From positions 103,354,001-103,418,000 of the forward strand of contig NC_043001.1 in NCBI RefSeq assembly GCF_006345805.1: a stretch of 64,000 nt of DNA. Reading direction: 5' to 3'. Under the pieces are notes generated by a model that saw only the letters and a list, made by a program, of their open reading frames with translations, was not told the origin of the DNA and ran no database searches. The position numbers and the translations under genes are program-made. This stretch comes from Octopus sinensis (taxonomy: Eukaryota). Numbering within the stretch: the stretch's first letter is position 1; the number at the start of each line of letters is the position of its first letter. This document shows positions 37,400 through 50,810 of this stretch, one piece after another.

Positions 37400-37730
37400 T
37401 ACATAACAGATATATCACAGTAATCCACTAGACCATCGGACGTTGTTATACACCGCTGGTCACAATGTGCTTCCAGTTCTGTCTTGAATGTGCCTTTCTT
37501 TTCCATCTTGACTCAAATCACTTAACTAAATCGTCTTCCCATCGTCATGGAGACCTTCCAAGTGACCTTTTCCGAACCCTCGGGATACTATTCAGCAACT
37601 GCATGGGTCCACCTGTTCTCTGTGGACCTTGTGACATGTCCGCCTCAGTGGCACTTGTGCCTCTGATATTCTGTGATTACATCGTTCACTCCGCTCCTTT
37701 CTCAAATCAACTCAATTCGAATATGCTGTC
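37400..37730 (-). mobile_element. RTE-clade LINE 3' end relic
   Basis: GGHVTRSTENRWTHAVAE*YPRVRKRSLGRSP*RWEDD matches the RTE C-terminal 'GHV.R..D.RWT.....W.P...R..GRP..RW.DD'. Confidence 0.75.
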
Positions 37731-37731
37731 G

Positions 37732-37930
37732 TATGATGTAGTGGTTAAGAGCGCGGGCTACTAACACCAAGATTCCGTGTTCGATTCCAGGCAGTGACCT
37801 GAATAATAATGATAACAACAACAACAACAACAACAACAATAACATCGGCAAAATATCTTAGGAATGAGAACCCAGGTTCGAAATTTCCTCAAGACACGAG
37901 GACAAATATCCGTCAAATGTAAATAATGTA
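37732..37930 (+). mobile_element. tRNA-headed SINE of the family seen at 27061-27303, hammerhead segment deleted
   Basis: tgtagtggttaagagcgcgggctactaac...gttcgattccaggc head, (AAT/AAC)n, body with caagacac|gaggacaaatatccgtc junction. Confidence 0.8.
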
Positions 37931-37931
37931 A

Positions 37932-38317
37932 ATAACGATCTTTGGTTTCAAAACGAAAGGTATTCTTCAATCGGGATAATGCTCTGCTACATACTGTGAG
38001 GGTAACTTTCCAAAGGCTGGAGCAGTTTGAATGGGAAGCGATGCTGGACATTGCCTCAACTGATTATCATTTATTCCGCTGTCTACAAAATCATTTGGAC
38101 GGAAAAAATATGAATTCTGCAGACGAGGTCAGAAGAGTACTGGAGCAGTATTTTCGTTACGGACAAGTGAATTTTGGTAGAGGAGCCTTGTAAGTCTACC
38201 AAATAGATGGAAGAGCATTTGAGAAGACGAAGGAGAGTATATTTTTGATTTAAAAAGTACTTTGTTTATCTTAATTTTGGAAAATAGAAGAAGTATTATT
38301 TATGGGATGACCCAATA
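37932..38317 (+). mobile_element. mariner 3' relic with TIR
   Basis: KRKVFFNRDNA..H...DYHLFRCLQNHL; ends ttatgggatgacccaaTA. Confidence 0.85.
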
Positions 38318-38800
38318 TTAGGTTGCCTAGAAGGTTCTGAACGTTTTTAAGCTAAATCTTTTAATGCTACATTGAGCACACCTGAAACATAACACAGAAC
38401 TTTGGCGTTGCTTAAAGTGGCAGTACATCTCCTCTTTGTTCCTGACTAATAACAGATTTATCTTTCATGTCGGTTACATTTGAAATGGATAACCAAAAAT
38501 TTCATAATCGCGTTGTAATGATTTTCTTTTTTAAAAAGGAGAAAATGCTGCAAAGACTTGCAAAGACATTTGTGAAGTTTATGGTGATGATGCTGCTGTA
38601 GGTGAATCAACCGTTCTTTGAAGATGGTTTGCAAAATTTAAAGCTGGAGAGTTTAGTTTGGAAGAAGACAGTTGCAATGGAAGACCTTCAAAATTGGATG
38701 AAGATGTTTTGAGAGCAAAATTCGAAGAGAACTTAAATATCTAGATTACAGAACTTGCAGAGGAGTTGGAAGTTTCTAAAGGTACGGTTCATGAAGTCTA
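38318..38800 (+). mobile_element. mariner 5' relic
   Basis: TIR ttaggttgcc; KGENAAKTCKDICEVYGD...RWFAKFKAGEFSLEE...GRP HTH region. Confidence 0.85.
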
Positions 38801-39179
38801 TCCCGTTTTGCATATTAAAAAACGCTCAGAACTTTCTGGACAACCTAATAATTATCATCTATGAGAGATTGGATGGTGAAGCGAATACATATGCAGAACA
38901 ACAAAGCGGTGTTCCAAAGTTCATCTTCTACCGAGACACCTGGTTCTCGAACAATCCCGTTCAACCAGTTGTATGTAAGTATTTCTTGTAAGAAATAAAG
39001 CACACCACTGAAAGCAGTGACGGCGTTAGGAAACTGGAGACAATGTCGTCAGTATGCGGCACTGAGTTCATTTCTGTGTAGTGGCACTCGATCGGTTACG
39101 ACGATGAATGATCCAGTTGATTCGACCAATGGAACAGCCGCGTCCTGAAATCAACGTGCAAGTGGCTGTGTACTCCGCA

Positions 39180-40150
39180 GACACCTTTTCTTTTATCTTT
39201 TACTTGTATCAGTCACCAAATTGTGGCCATACTTGGGCACCACCTCGAAGAATTTTTATTCAAATGAATCGATCCCAGTACTTACCGTTTCCTTTTTTTA
39301 AAACCCAGTACTTATTCTATCGTTCTCTTTTGCCAATCCGCTAAGTCATGGAGACGTAAACACATCAACACTAGTTGGCAAGCAGTGGGGCAGGGCAAAT
39401 ACGGACACACACACACACCACACACACACACAAATATACACTCATATTCTCATAAGGCCTTGGTCGGTTCGAAACTACTGTAGGGGACACTTGCCCAAGG
39501 TTCCACGCAGTAGGATTGAACCTGAAACCATGCTATTGGGAAGCAAACTTCTTACCACATAGCCACACCTGTGTCTAAGTGTACCTTTGGGAGCAGAAAA
39601 GAATGTACATCTCGTGGAAAGCGGCGAGCTGGCAGAAACGTTAGCACGCCGGGCGAAATGCTTTGAGATATTTCGTCTGCCGTTACGTTCTGAGTTCAAA
39701 TTCCGCCGAGGTCGACTTTGCCTTTCATCCTTTCGGGGTCGATAAATTAAGTACCAGTTGCGCACTGATGTCAATATAATCGACTTAATACCTATGTCTG
39801 TCCTTTTTTTCTCCTTTTTGTGTTTAGCCCCTTGTGGGTAATAAAGAAATAGGTATTTCGTCTGCCGTAACGTTGTGAGTTCAAATTCCGCCGAGGTTGA
39901 CTTTGCCTTTCATCCTCTCGGGGTTGATTAAATAAGTACCAGTTACGCACTGAGGTCGATATAATCGACTTAACCTCTTTGTCTGTCCTTGTTTGTCCCC
40001 TCTATGTTTAGCCCTTTGTGGGCAATAAAGATATAAGAATCGTAAGCAAGCCGTGCGAAATGCCTCGCGGTATTTCGTCCGTCTTTACGTGCTGGGGTCG
40101 ATCTAATCGACTGGCTCCCTCCCCAAAAATTTTCTGGCCTTGGACCTAGA
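39180..40150. mobile_element. Cluster of SINE A (-) and tandem SINE B (+) copies
   Basis: Family motifs as above. Confidence 0.82.
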
Positions 40151-40912
40151 GTAGAAAAAGAATATACATCTCGTGCTCAAAATAGTTATCAAAAGTTTTG
40201 GCTTTGGAAGCATGAGGAAATATTTATACTGCAGTTAGGAGTTAGCTTCCTGGAAACAATTTCAAATGATAACGTTTGCATCAGATATACGTCCTCAACA
40301 AAATTTTAAAATGAAATTTACAGGATTCTCTGTTTGATCCAATTTTATTTAGTCTCACCATAAATATTGGTTTCAAATTTTGGCACAAGGCCAGCAATTT
40401 CGAGGGGGTGGGTGGGATAAATCGATTACTTATTCTATCATCTCGAAAGGGATAAGTCAACCTCGGCAGAATTTGAACTTACAGCGTAAAGTCGGATGTA
40501 ATGCCGCTAAGCATTTGGCCGGTGCGCTAACGATTCTGCCACCTCGACATTTTATTGTCATCAGCGAAAATACGCTGCGATTATGAAATTCATTTGCCAA
40601 GCATTTGCCGATGGCTTTAAGATATTTATGGACGTAAACTACAATAACAGCACCGAGATGTTTTGTTCGATATGGTGTTGCATTTTGTGGGTAGAATGGT
40701 TCTAAGTTGTGAATTTCCAGAGGGCAAAATCACAGATTAACTACGTTTATGATGGAGAGAATGACAAGTGAATATCGAACCAATTCAAATAGAATAAATA
40801 CCACAAGGCATTTTTGTTCGAAAACATCAGTTTATCGGTTCTCCCGCCGATGATGAAGTCACTGAAGCACTCACTTCGATTAACACGCGCATCGATGCAC
40901 TCTCTATCTATT

Positions 40913-40952
<40 letters not shown>

Positions 40953-41039
40953 TATGTGTATGTATGTATGGTATTATTAAAATACCGTCACGAGTGGCAA
41001 GCGAATTATCAGCCGTTCAAGCAAATTAATAAAATATAT

Positions 41040-42279
41040 ATCCGATTTTATGTCCGAATATGTCCGATTTTACCTTTTTTAAAATTGAATCAAATTTAAA
41101 AGTATTTAAGAATGTTTAATGGAATTAAAAATCATTTTTATGCTTTGGTATACATTTAAACTAATTAAATATTATTTTACAGAATAGGATTAAAATTTCT
41201 TTGATTAAAACCCTTTCTAACATGGAAGTATCCAAAGAGCATTTGAGGCGCATAATGCTTTATGAGTACAAAAATGGAAACTCTGCAGCCAAAGCACTCG
41301 AAACATAACACTCTGTTAATGGGAAAGAATGCTTGAATCAAAGAACTTGCAGAAGATAGTTTGCAAAATTCAGAAGTGGAGATTTCAACCTTGAAGATGA
41401 AGACCGAACAGGACGTCCAGTTGAGTTTGATGATAAGCTCCTTGGGGCATTACTTGAAGAATTGGCAATAAAGCTTAGTTTAAACCATACAACTATTCAT
41501 CGTTATCTTCAACAACTTGGAAAGATTCCTAAACTTGGAAAATGGGTGCCTCATGAATTGTCCGAAAGCAACTGCAAATCCCGAGTTGACATCTGCTCTT
41601 CTCTCCATTCTCGCGAACTCCTTTTTGGATAGACTTGTGACTGATGACGAAAAATGGATCTTCTATCGAAATGTTAAACATCGTAAACAGTGGCTTGGTA
41701 AAAGAGAAAAAGCTCAACCACAACCGAGAAGGGAACTTCATGGAAAAAAGGTTCTTCTCTCTATCTGGTAGGATTGCAAAGTAATTGACTTTGAATTGTT
41801 ACCACCTAATGCAACAATCAATGCTCAAGTCTACTGTCAGCAATTAGAGCGTTTAAACCAAGCTTTGAAGAAAAAAAGACCCGCTTTAGTGAATCGAAAA
41901 GGAGTGATGTTTCATCAGGACAATGCGCGACCCCACACTGCAAAGATCACATCACAGAAGATCGAAGAGCTTGGTTGGGAAAAAATTCCTCATCCACCTT
42001 ATTCTCCCGACCTTGCTCCTTCAGACTACCATTTGTTTCGTAGTTTACTGAATCATTTGGGAGAAGCCAGGAGGAGGTCGAAATTGACATTTCAGAGTTC
42101 TTCATTTTGAAACCAAAAGAGTTTTACATTGATGGGATTAAAAAGCTTGTAAATAGATGGAAGGAAGTCATAGATAATCAGGGAAAGTACACTGATGGTT
42201 AAGTTTCAATTAAATATAACATTTGATCACTTGTTTTCTTTATTCAAAATTCGAACAGAACTTATGGGATGACCTGATA
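41040..42279 (+). mobile_element. Near-complete mariner (DD34D) element, disabled
   Basis: ATG at 41222; WVPHEL, VTDDEKW, HQDNARPH and HPPYSPDLAPSDYHLF motifs; stop 42202; 3' TIR cttatgggatgacctgaTA. Several stops and frameshifts. Confidence 0.93.
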
Positions 42280-42319
42280 CATATAATATTAGGTATGTAC
42301 ATATATACACAAGGGCACT

Positions 42320-42578
42320 ACGTGAGCACCTACACCGCTAAAAATAGAAGTCAAAAATACTTTTGTGCCACCGAATAGTCACAAATCTACTACAGACATG
42401 ATAAGAAAAAATTTCAGTGAACAATAATAACGTCTTACCTCTGCTAGGTCAGAACAAGTAATGCTGGTCAACTTGGTACCGGTTTCAAAATTTAGCGCCA
42501 AATAGGCGCCTGATTTCTCATCAGTCAAAGTCTGCTAGCTAATTGACTTCTATTTTTAGCGATGTAGGTGCTCACGTA
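42320..42578. mobile_element. MITE with 36-bp TIRs (related copy about 19190-19410)
   Basis: tacgtgagcacctacaccgctaaaaatagaagtcaa / ttgacttctatttttagcgatgtaggtgctcacgta. Confidence 0.85.
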
Positions 42579-44157
42579 TAACCAGCCAAAATTGCAAAGA
42601 TAATCAGGAACTCGACTGACGAAAGAAAACTCCAGATGACCCGTCCTTGTTTTTCCATGTCACTTTGTTGTATCATCTGTCTGGATGTTTTGCGTTCTTG
42701 TCCCATTTTTTGTATTCTTTTATATATATATGTCATTATCCAGTTTATTTCAAGATTTCTTGCCAATAGAGAAAGAACTGGTTTCCAACCTAGATCCAAA
42801 GTTCCTTCACTGGAATTTCAACATCAACAACAGGGTATATTTCTTTGTATGTATGTATTTGTGCATACTTGGATGCAGGCGCAAATACACACACGGTCTA
42901 ATATGTAAGTCTTTCACACGTTTACTCTCACACACACATATATGCATATGTATATATGTATATACATGCATACATGCATATATATATATATATAATATAT
43001 ATATATATAATATATATATATATATTATATATATGTGTGTGTTTGTGTGTGTGATATATGATATATATGTATGTGTGTATTTTTTAGGAAGTTAAAAGTT
43101 ATGGCCGGTCATCGAGTGACCATTGGCTTCGCACCTTTAAAACGCTTAACAGTGTAGATGACTCGTCAGACTCAAATGTCTTAGGGTGCATAACCTCTCT
43201 ACAACTAGAGAAAGAATTGTGTAACGGTCAAAATAAACAAATTGCCAGTGTTGCAGGCGAGACGGGGTTCTCCCCCTTACATCGGCTCCGGCTGTTGTGA
43301 TATTCGACGGGGCTGTGGTGGACCAGTGCAACAACTGGGGAATTCTGAGTTTGAAGTAGGAAGCGTTTTAGATGAATAACTGGATTATATATATGTGTAT
43401 ACACACACGCGCGCGCGCGCACACACACACACACGCATGCACACATACGTATACGCATGAATGCCCTGTGTGTGTGAGAGAGGGAGAAAGAAAGAAAGAG
43501 AGAAAGAAGGAAAGAAAGAAAGAAGGAAGGAAAGAAAGAAAGAACGAAGCGTTTGTGTGTTAGATAAATATCGATTCCTTTGATTAGCAATTACAATTAG
43601 TGAATAGTTCTTGATTGAATATCCACACATCTACATGGAAAGTAGACTGTGGAATATGATTTCAGAAATTCATTGAAAAAAATTTCTTTTTTTTTTTTTT
43701 CTTTTATGTTGCTATTTGTGTATATTTTGTCTCAATTCTAATGCAACATCATATCTAACTGGATTGTCGATCCATTTTTATTTCGACCCGGACCGTGAAG
43801 GGGCCGCAATCGACTTTGTCCCGCTTGCAACAGTGACGTTTTAAGGAAAGATAGAACCGATGTAAGGGACATAACTTCAGATGCCGTTTCACTGTGTCTT
43901 AACAGTTTGCGGAAAGAAGAGGGAAAGATAACCGAGAATTGCGTTGCCAGTGACTTTTCCGAGGCCTTTTCGTTCAAAGCCTGCCCAATGCATTATGAAT
44001 AACAGACATGCATTATGAATAACTGAACCCATCAATAGTAGTGCTACAGCATGGCCGCCGTCCACTAACTGAAACAAGCGCAAAGGGAAAAAAAAGTACG
44101 ATCAAAAGAAGAGACGCCGGAAAACATTCAAAAGCTTATATTTTCAAATTTTCCTCT

Positions 44158-44825
44158 CAGGCAGCGAACTGACGGAATCCTTAGCACGCCGGACAAAATG
44201 GTCAGCTGCATTTCGTCCGTCTTTACCTTCTGAGTTCAAACTCCACCGAGGTCGACTTTGTTTTCTCATCGTTTTGAGGTCGATAAATTAAACACTAACT
44301 GAGCACTGGGGTCGATGTAATCGGCTTAGCTTCCATTCCCACCCGAAACTGCAGGCCTTGTGCCAAAATTTGAGGCCAACAATTTTTTTTTCTTTTACAA
44401 TCTTATTTTCTTTTAGTAATATTCTTTTCTACTCTAGGCACAAGGCTCAAAAATTTAGGGGAGGGGGCCAGTCGATTACATCGACCCCCGTACACAGCTG
44501 ATACTTAATTTATCGACCCTGAAAGATGAAATGCAAAGTCGACTTCGGCGAAATTTGAACTCAGAACGTAAAGACAGACGAAGTACCTATTCCTATTTCT
44601 TTACTACCCACAAGGGGCTAAACACAGAGGGGACAAACAAGGACAGACAAACGGATTAAGTCGATTACATCGACCCCAGTGCGTAACTGGTACTTATTTA
44701 ATTGATCCCGAAAGGATGAAAGGCAAAGTTGACCTCGGCGGAATTTGAACTCAGACCATAACGGCAGATGAAATACAGCTACGCATTTCGCCTGGCGTGC
44801 TAACGTTTCTGCCAGCTCGCCGCCT
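44158..44825. mobile_element. SINE B cluster
   Basis: One + copy followed by tandem - copies. Confidence 0.82.
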
Positions 44826-45754
44826 TTATTCTAATGAAATATTAAAACCCACAAATTAAACATGATATCCTGAAACTCATTACTATCAATGAACCAAACG
44901 AACCCGGTTTGAGATCTTTACAATTCTAGGAAATACCAACTTTACAAGATCTACTTTGGTTAAGAAGTCTTTTCCGTTGATATCACTATTGTATTAGTAC
45001 ATTTAACTTATCATCAAAATTTTGACCTATTAATCGCAGCTTACTTTTTATCTGGCAAAATTATCTGTTCTTTACAAACACACGTATATTATTGAAACTT
45101 TGTAATTGTTCAGATCTGTCTGATAAAGAAATGATAGATATGTATTGAGTAAAAACACTAAACACGATTTGGTTTTCTGTCCGAGTTACCGGTTTTCGGG
45201 ACTCGTCGATGCATTTATATTCAAATTAAAAATTTTTTGGCATGTTCTCTTAGTTTTAAAAAAGGTCTTTACTAAGATTCTGGCCTATTTTTGTCTGTAC
45301 ACACACACACACACACACATGTGCACGGTGGCTTATTTTTCTGTTGTCAATCTTGAATTTCCATTTACAACAGTTTTATTGAGGAATGTTAACATTTAAA
45401 CTTGTTCAATGTCAAGAGTTGTTTCAGTTCAAACCTGAAATAAAGCAGCGAATTAGATTAATTATTAGATGCTTAATTAGATGTCTCATTATGGCCTACA
45501 ACTTAAGAAACCCAGTTTCTAACCACAATATTACAGCTGTTTATTTTCATGACTCCAACGGAACCAAACTCCAGTGTAGCAGAATTAGAACCCTATAGCA
45601 CCGTATTCCTGGTAGAGTGGGAATAGCCTAAATCTGATCTCCACCGGATATTCCCATTAAAGCAGCAATGATACAGGAAAAGAAGATGAAATATTAGAGA
45701 CAGGAAACTGATCCACATTGCATCTTTGTAGTCTGTGTCCTCCACACTTGTTCT

Positions 45755-45952
45755 TTTATTCTTTTACTTGTTTCAGTCATTTGACTGTGGCCATGCTGGA
45801 GCATCGCCTTTAGTTGAGCAAATCGACCCCAGGACTTATTCTATCGGTCTCTCTTGCCAAACTGCTAAGTGACGGGGACGTAAACACACCAGCATCGCTT
45901 GTCAAGCGGTGTTGGGGGGGACAAACACAGACACACAAACATATACATGCAT

Positions 45953-45989
<37 letters not shown>

Positions 45990-46150
45990 CGATGGGCTTC
46001 TTTCAGTTTCCGTCTACCAAATCCACTCACAAGGCTTTGGTTGGCCTGAGGCTGTAGTAGAAGACACTTGCCCAAGGTGCCATGCAGTGGGAATGAACCC
46101 GGAACTATGTGGTTGGTGAGCAAGCTACATACCACACACCCACTCCTGTG
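45755..46150 (-). mobile_element. SINE A
   Basis: Family motifs. Confidence 0.85.
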
Positions 46151-46754
46151 CCTATTGTTTACTTGAGTTTAATTTTTTTTTAAATGTTTTAATTGGAATC
46201 TTTTGGCAATGAAATAAACATGTAACAAACCCAGCACTTAGTCTGGTAAAAAAAAAAGGGCCAGGCCTGGCCTTTTTACATTTGAGGACATTTATGATGA
46301 TATGAAGTGTTTACTCTTATGCAGACAATGAGAGCAAATCTGTTCGTTAATGTGCCTGCAGTCGTTATTCTTGAGCAGGATATGTGACTCTATATTTTTG
46401 TGTTCAGGAGCCTAGGTGGAAGGTGGAGTTAGACACAGAGGGCCCAAGTCTGAAGGGGGTTAATAACAACAAAAATGGATATTATTCATCTGGTATTCTA
46501 ATCCAGAGTCACAGGAATGGTAACTGGTTTGGTGGGGAAAATATGAAACCCAAGTTCTATAGAGAATTGTAAGTAATGAGGTGCACGCATTTCTCAAAGG
46601 AATGAACTAATTAAGGGAATAAATCTAACTGAAATTGGAATCAATTAAGGGTGCAGCAAGACTTGAAACTTAGCCATCAGACATAGCACAACCTTGTTCA
46701 TGTGAAGGATCAAGTTATTGACCAATTAGTAACCAGACTTCATCTGATAAAAGG

Positions 46755-46985
46755 CGGTGAGCTGGCAGAAATGTTAGCATGCTGGGCGAAATGCTTAGCA
46801 GTATTTCGTCTGCCGCTACGTTCTGAGTTCAAATTCCGCTGAGGTCGACTTTGCCTTTCATCCTTTCGGGGTCGATAAATTAAGTACTAGTTACGCACTG
46901 GGGTCGATGTAATCGACTTAATACCTTTGTCTGTGCTTGTTTGTTCCCTCTATGTTTAGTCCCTTGTGGGCAATAAAGAAATAAG
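46755..46985 (+). mobile_element. SINE B
   Basis: Family motifs. Confidence 0.88.
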
Positions 46986-47756
46986 ACTTCATCTGATAGA
47001 TCATCCTGGATCCTTCTGGAATGTCCCTGTACAAGGGTTGTACGAAGTTTGTTTTTAGCACCAATTTTCAGTGTGTGACAACCCATGGCCCACACCACAT
47101 ACTCCTGTCTCATTATAATAATCATTATAATGACTCTTGCTCCACCTGGATGTATCAATATAGTTGGCCAATGTGAATCTAATGTGCTCAGTTTCTCCTA
47201 TTTTGGTAAAATTCAGTACAAAACCTTTGTTATCAACTATTTATGGATGCTGCCAAATTATTCTTTCAATTGTGTTGACTTGTTGTGGAAGTTTTCTAAT
47301 TCATGACCAGCCTCAGTATTTCTTGTGCAGCGAAATAAAAAAAGTTATGATTAAATTTTTGCTTTGATGTGGTTATATCATTCACAAGCAGCTTCACACG
47401 CATACAATCCATACCATCATAGCAACAAAGGTAACAATACAAAATCTGCAAGAAACAGCTCCCGAATCTGACTAAGATTTCAACCTTTTATCTAGAAGAC
47501 ATATAAAGATGAGATAGTCACAGATGGAATGTCTTTGAGAATAGATTGTCTTTGTCAGAACCAACTTAATGCTAAAAGACAACAGCAACAACAAAGTTTT
47601 CTTTTTCTCTGAGAAAATAAGACATCCAGTTTATGGTAGCTCTACTCAGAAATAGCAGCTAAATCACTTTCATATTGTACCCTATCCTATTAAAAATAGA
47701 AGGATACATTATTCTTGACAAAATAAAGATAGAATGCTCAATGCGGGAATATTTTT

Positions 47757-47995
47757 AACCCTTTAGCTTTTAATCTGACCAGATCTGGCCCATATATTCA
47801 ACCTGTTTTATGTCCAAACAGACCAGATCCAACCCCTCACACCTACCCTACAATGTCATTCAAATAATATACAAACAGACCAGTGAAATTTTGAAGTTAC
47901 GAGATAATGGATGATTAATTCAAAACAATTTTGGCATAGATTTGTCAAGCGAATAAATAAGCATTACATTTGACAGAGTAATCTGAATGCTGTAA
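47757..47995. mobile_element. Possible piggyBac-type MITE
   Basis: TTAA-CCCTTTAG left end; right end degenerate. Confidence 0.4.
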
Positions 47996-49029
47996 AATCT
48001 TTAAACTTTAATCTTTAATCTGAATGCTGGAACATCTTTAATCATAAATCTGTTCAATTATGGCTAACCCAAGGTTAAACAAAAATTGAGTTCTAATTTA
48101 TTTAAATTTTTGAAAATAAAACAAAATTTATTTTTTCCATCTATGATTCAAATAGTTCAAAGTTAAACAAATTAATTTTTTTTTCTTGTAAAATATTCTA
48201 AATATAAGTTCCAAAATGCAAAATTGTCAAACTTTAGACTTTTAACGAACTTCACAGACATAACATTTCCTGCTATCTTATCTGCATTTTTCTTTTCTAT
48301 TTGCTTATTCTTTTACCTTTACTTAATTATTTTTCTATCAAGTTCCAAAGACAAAAGATAATAATTGATGTTTTTTAGCCCCTGGTCAGTGCTGATTAAG
48401 CAGATCTATGATCAAAGACATTTCTACTGTGAGCATCCTGTCCTATTTTACAGAAATAGAGCATCTTAAGCTAACATATCTAAATCCTTCTTTTCTCTAA
48501 AATATTAGGGACTTGTTCTGTTGTGTCTGGGGAGAGTCATTTTCTTTTTGTGCCTTATAATATAACACACTCACCGGTAAACTTTCCACTTTTCTTCTTA
48601 TTTTTATTAACATCTTAATATGTTTGAAGTTAGAGGTTCACCTGTGAGTGTGTGTCTATGTCTGTGTGTCTGTGTATGTGTGTATGTTTGTGTGTGTGTG
48701 TGCGTGTCTGTTTGTGTCCCTTTGTGTGTATGTCTATGTGTGTGTGTCTGTATGTGTGTGTGTGTTTGTATGAGTGTGTGTGTGCATGTGGTAAGAAGCT
48801 TACTTCCCAACTAAGGGATCTTCAGTTCAGTCCCACTCTGCAGCATCTTGAGCAAGTGTTGTCTTCTACTATAACCCCAGGCTGATCAAAGCGTTGTGAG
48901 AGGATTTGGTAGACAGAAACTGAAAGAAATCCATCACACACACACATGACAGGCTTCTTTCGGTTTCCATCTGCCAAATCCTCTGTGAGGAAGCAAAAAG
49001 ACATGATGATGGTTCAGGCAGGAACCTTC

Positions 49030-49350
49030 ATCAAATTTCACAAACTATATCCGAACATGGTCGTAGCCAGCGCCACCCTGACTGGCCCCCGTGCCGGTGG
49101 CACGTAAAAAGCACCATCCGATTGTGGCCGTTTGCCAGCCTCGTCTGGCACCTGTGCCAGTGGCTCATAAAAAGCACCCACTACACTCATGAAGTGGTTG
49201 ATGTTAGGAAGGGCATCCAGCAGTAGAAACACTGCCAGATCAGACTGGGCCTGGTGCAGCCTTCTGCCTTCCCAGACTCCAGTTGAACCGTCCAACCCAT
49301 GCTAGCATGGAAAGCAGACGTTAAACGATGATGATGATGATGATGATTTC
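49030..49350 (+). mobile_element. RTE-type 3' UTR fragment ending in (ATG)n; related pieces at 50075-50280 (+), 58395-59010, 60050-60170 and 63588-64000 (-)
   Basis: ...aacccatgctagcatggaaagc.gacgttaaacgatgatgatg end. The longer copy at 58.4-59.0 kb has internal subrepeats and a motif shared with the RTE ORF relic near 60960. Confidence 0.7.
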
Positions 49351-49798
49351 GTTGAGCATTACCATAGACTAACGAGTGTAAGAGACTGCAAACAAATCTG
49401 TTATCAATTACAACCATCCATCAATATTGCTGATAAACAAGTTGTGATTCATTTTTCTCAATAAAAAATTTTTTGGGGGTTTTTGAGACAAAAAAAGGAG
49501 CCTCTATATCGTCATTCAACCTTCAAGAAATATCTGCTGAATTACCTTCAAATCAAGTCCCTAATTTCGTTTTTGGATTTGGCTTGCAAGATTCTTTATA
49601 TGAGTTCCTGTGTTGAAGCATATTCTGTTGTGTCTGGGGAGAGTCGTTTTCTTTTTGAGCCTTATAATGTAACACACTCACCGGTAAAATTTCCATATTT
49701 TTCTTATTTTTATTTTCCTAAAATTTTCGTTGTGTCTTGCAACCTTTTCAATAGTCTTGACTGTTGAAAAGGTTGCATATATATACACATATATATAT

Positions 49799-49990
49799 AT
49801 CTGTAATATGATATGTGACAATTATTAGGTTGTTATAATAAGACTCTGAGTTTCGGATGTCGGGTGGAAACCTGCTCTGATATCTCATCAGTTATTGAAG
49901 AGATGCTGGAGCAGGTTTCCGCCCCGACATCCAAAACTTGGAGTCTTATCATAGCAACCTAATAATTGTCACATATATTATATTACAGAT
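49799..49990. repeat. Fold-back inverted repeat (about 80-bp arms, 31-bp spacer) containing a hammerhead ribozyme on - (49837-49896)
   Basis: Minus strand reads AATAA CTGATGA GATATC...GACATCC GAAA CT cag AG TC TTATT: intact core, GUC triplet, 5-bp stem I. Confidence 0.75.
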
Positions 49991-50342
49991 AAATTCTTCT
50001 ATTTACATAATATCGAGGTCTCATTCATTCTTTTGTTGTCTTACCATTACTAATTAATATATATATATCAGCTCTGTCTGGCACCTGTGCGGGTGGCACG
50101 TAAAAAGCCCCCACTACACTCACGGAGTGGTTGGCTTTAGGAAGGGCATCCAGCCGTAGAAACACTGCCAGATTTGACTGGGCCTGATGAAGCCTTCTGG
50201 CTTCACTGACCCCAGAAGAACCGTCCAACCCATGCTAGCATGGAAAACGGACGCTAAACGATGATGATGATGATGATGATATATATGTGTGTGTGTGTGT
50301 GTATATATATAGATATAGATATGTATGTGCATATACATACAT

Positions 50343-50373
<31 letters not shown>

Positions 50374-50575
50374 AAAGAAAATGGAGACCGCATTTAACAA
50401 AATATAATGAGGCTAATTTAACCTCTAATTGAATGTGTGTGTGTGTGTGTATGTATATGTGGGCACAGGACGTCACGAAACGTGTACAACAAAAACAAAC
50501 AAAATAAAATACGAGCACGTGCTTCGTATTTTTTGTTGTTGTTGTACATGTTTCATGACGTCCTGTGCCTACATA

Positions 50576-50626
<51 letters not shown>

Positions 50627-50810
50627 TTGTACCCCACCCCCACCGTCGCTTGACAACCGAAGCTGGTTCGACAAGAGACCGATAGGATAAGATACTCGGC
50701 TTACAAAGAATAAGTCCTGGGGTTGATCTGTTCGATTAAAGGCGATGCTCCAGCATGGCCGCAGTCAAACGACTGAAACAAATAAAATACACACACACAC
50801 ATATATATAT

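Noticed and set aside
38850-38991. Short ORF YERLDGEANTYAEQQSGVPKF... with a GTAAGT donor
   Set aside because: No convincing acceptor or homology; it sits among mariner relics.
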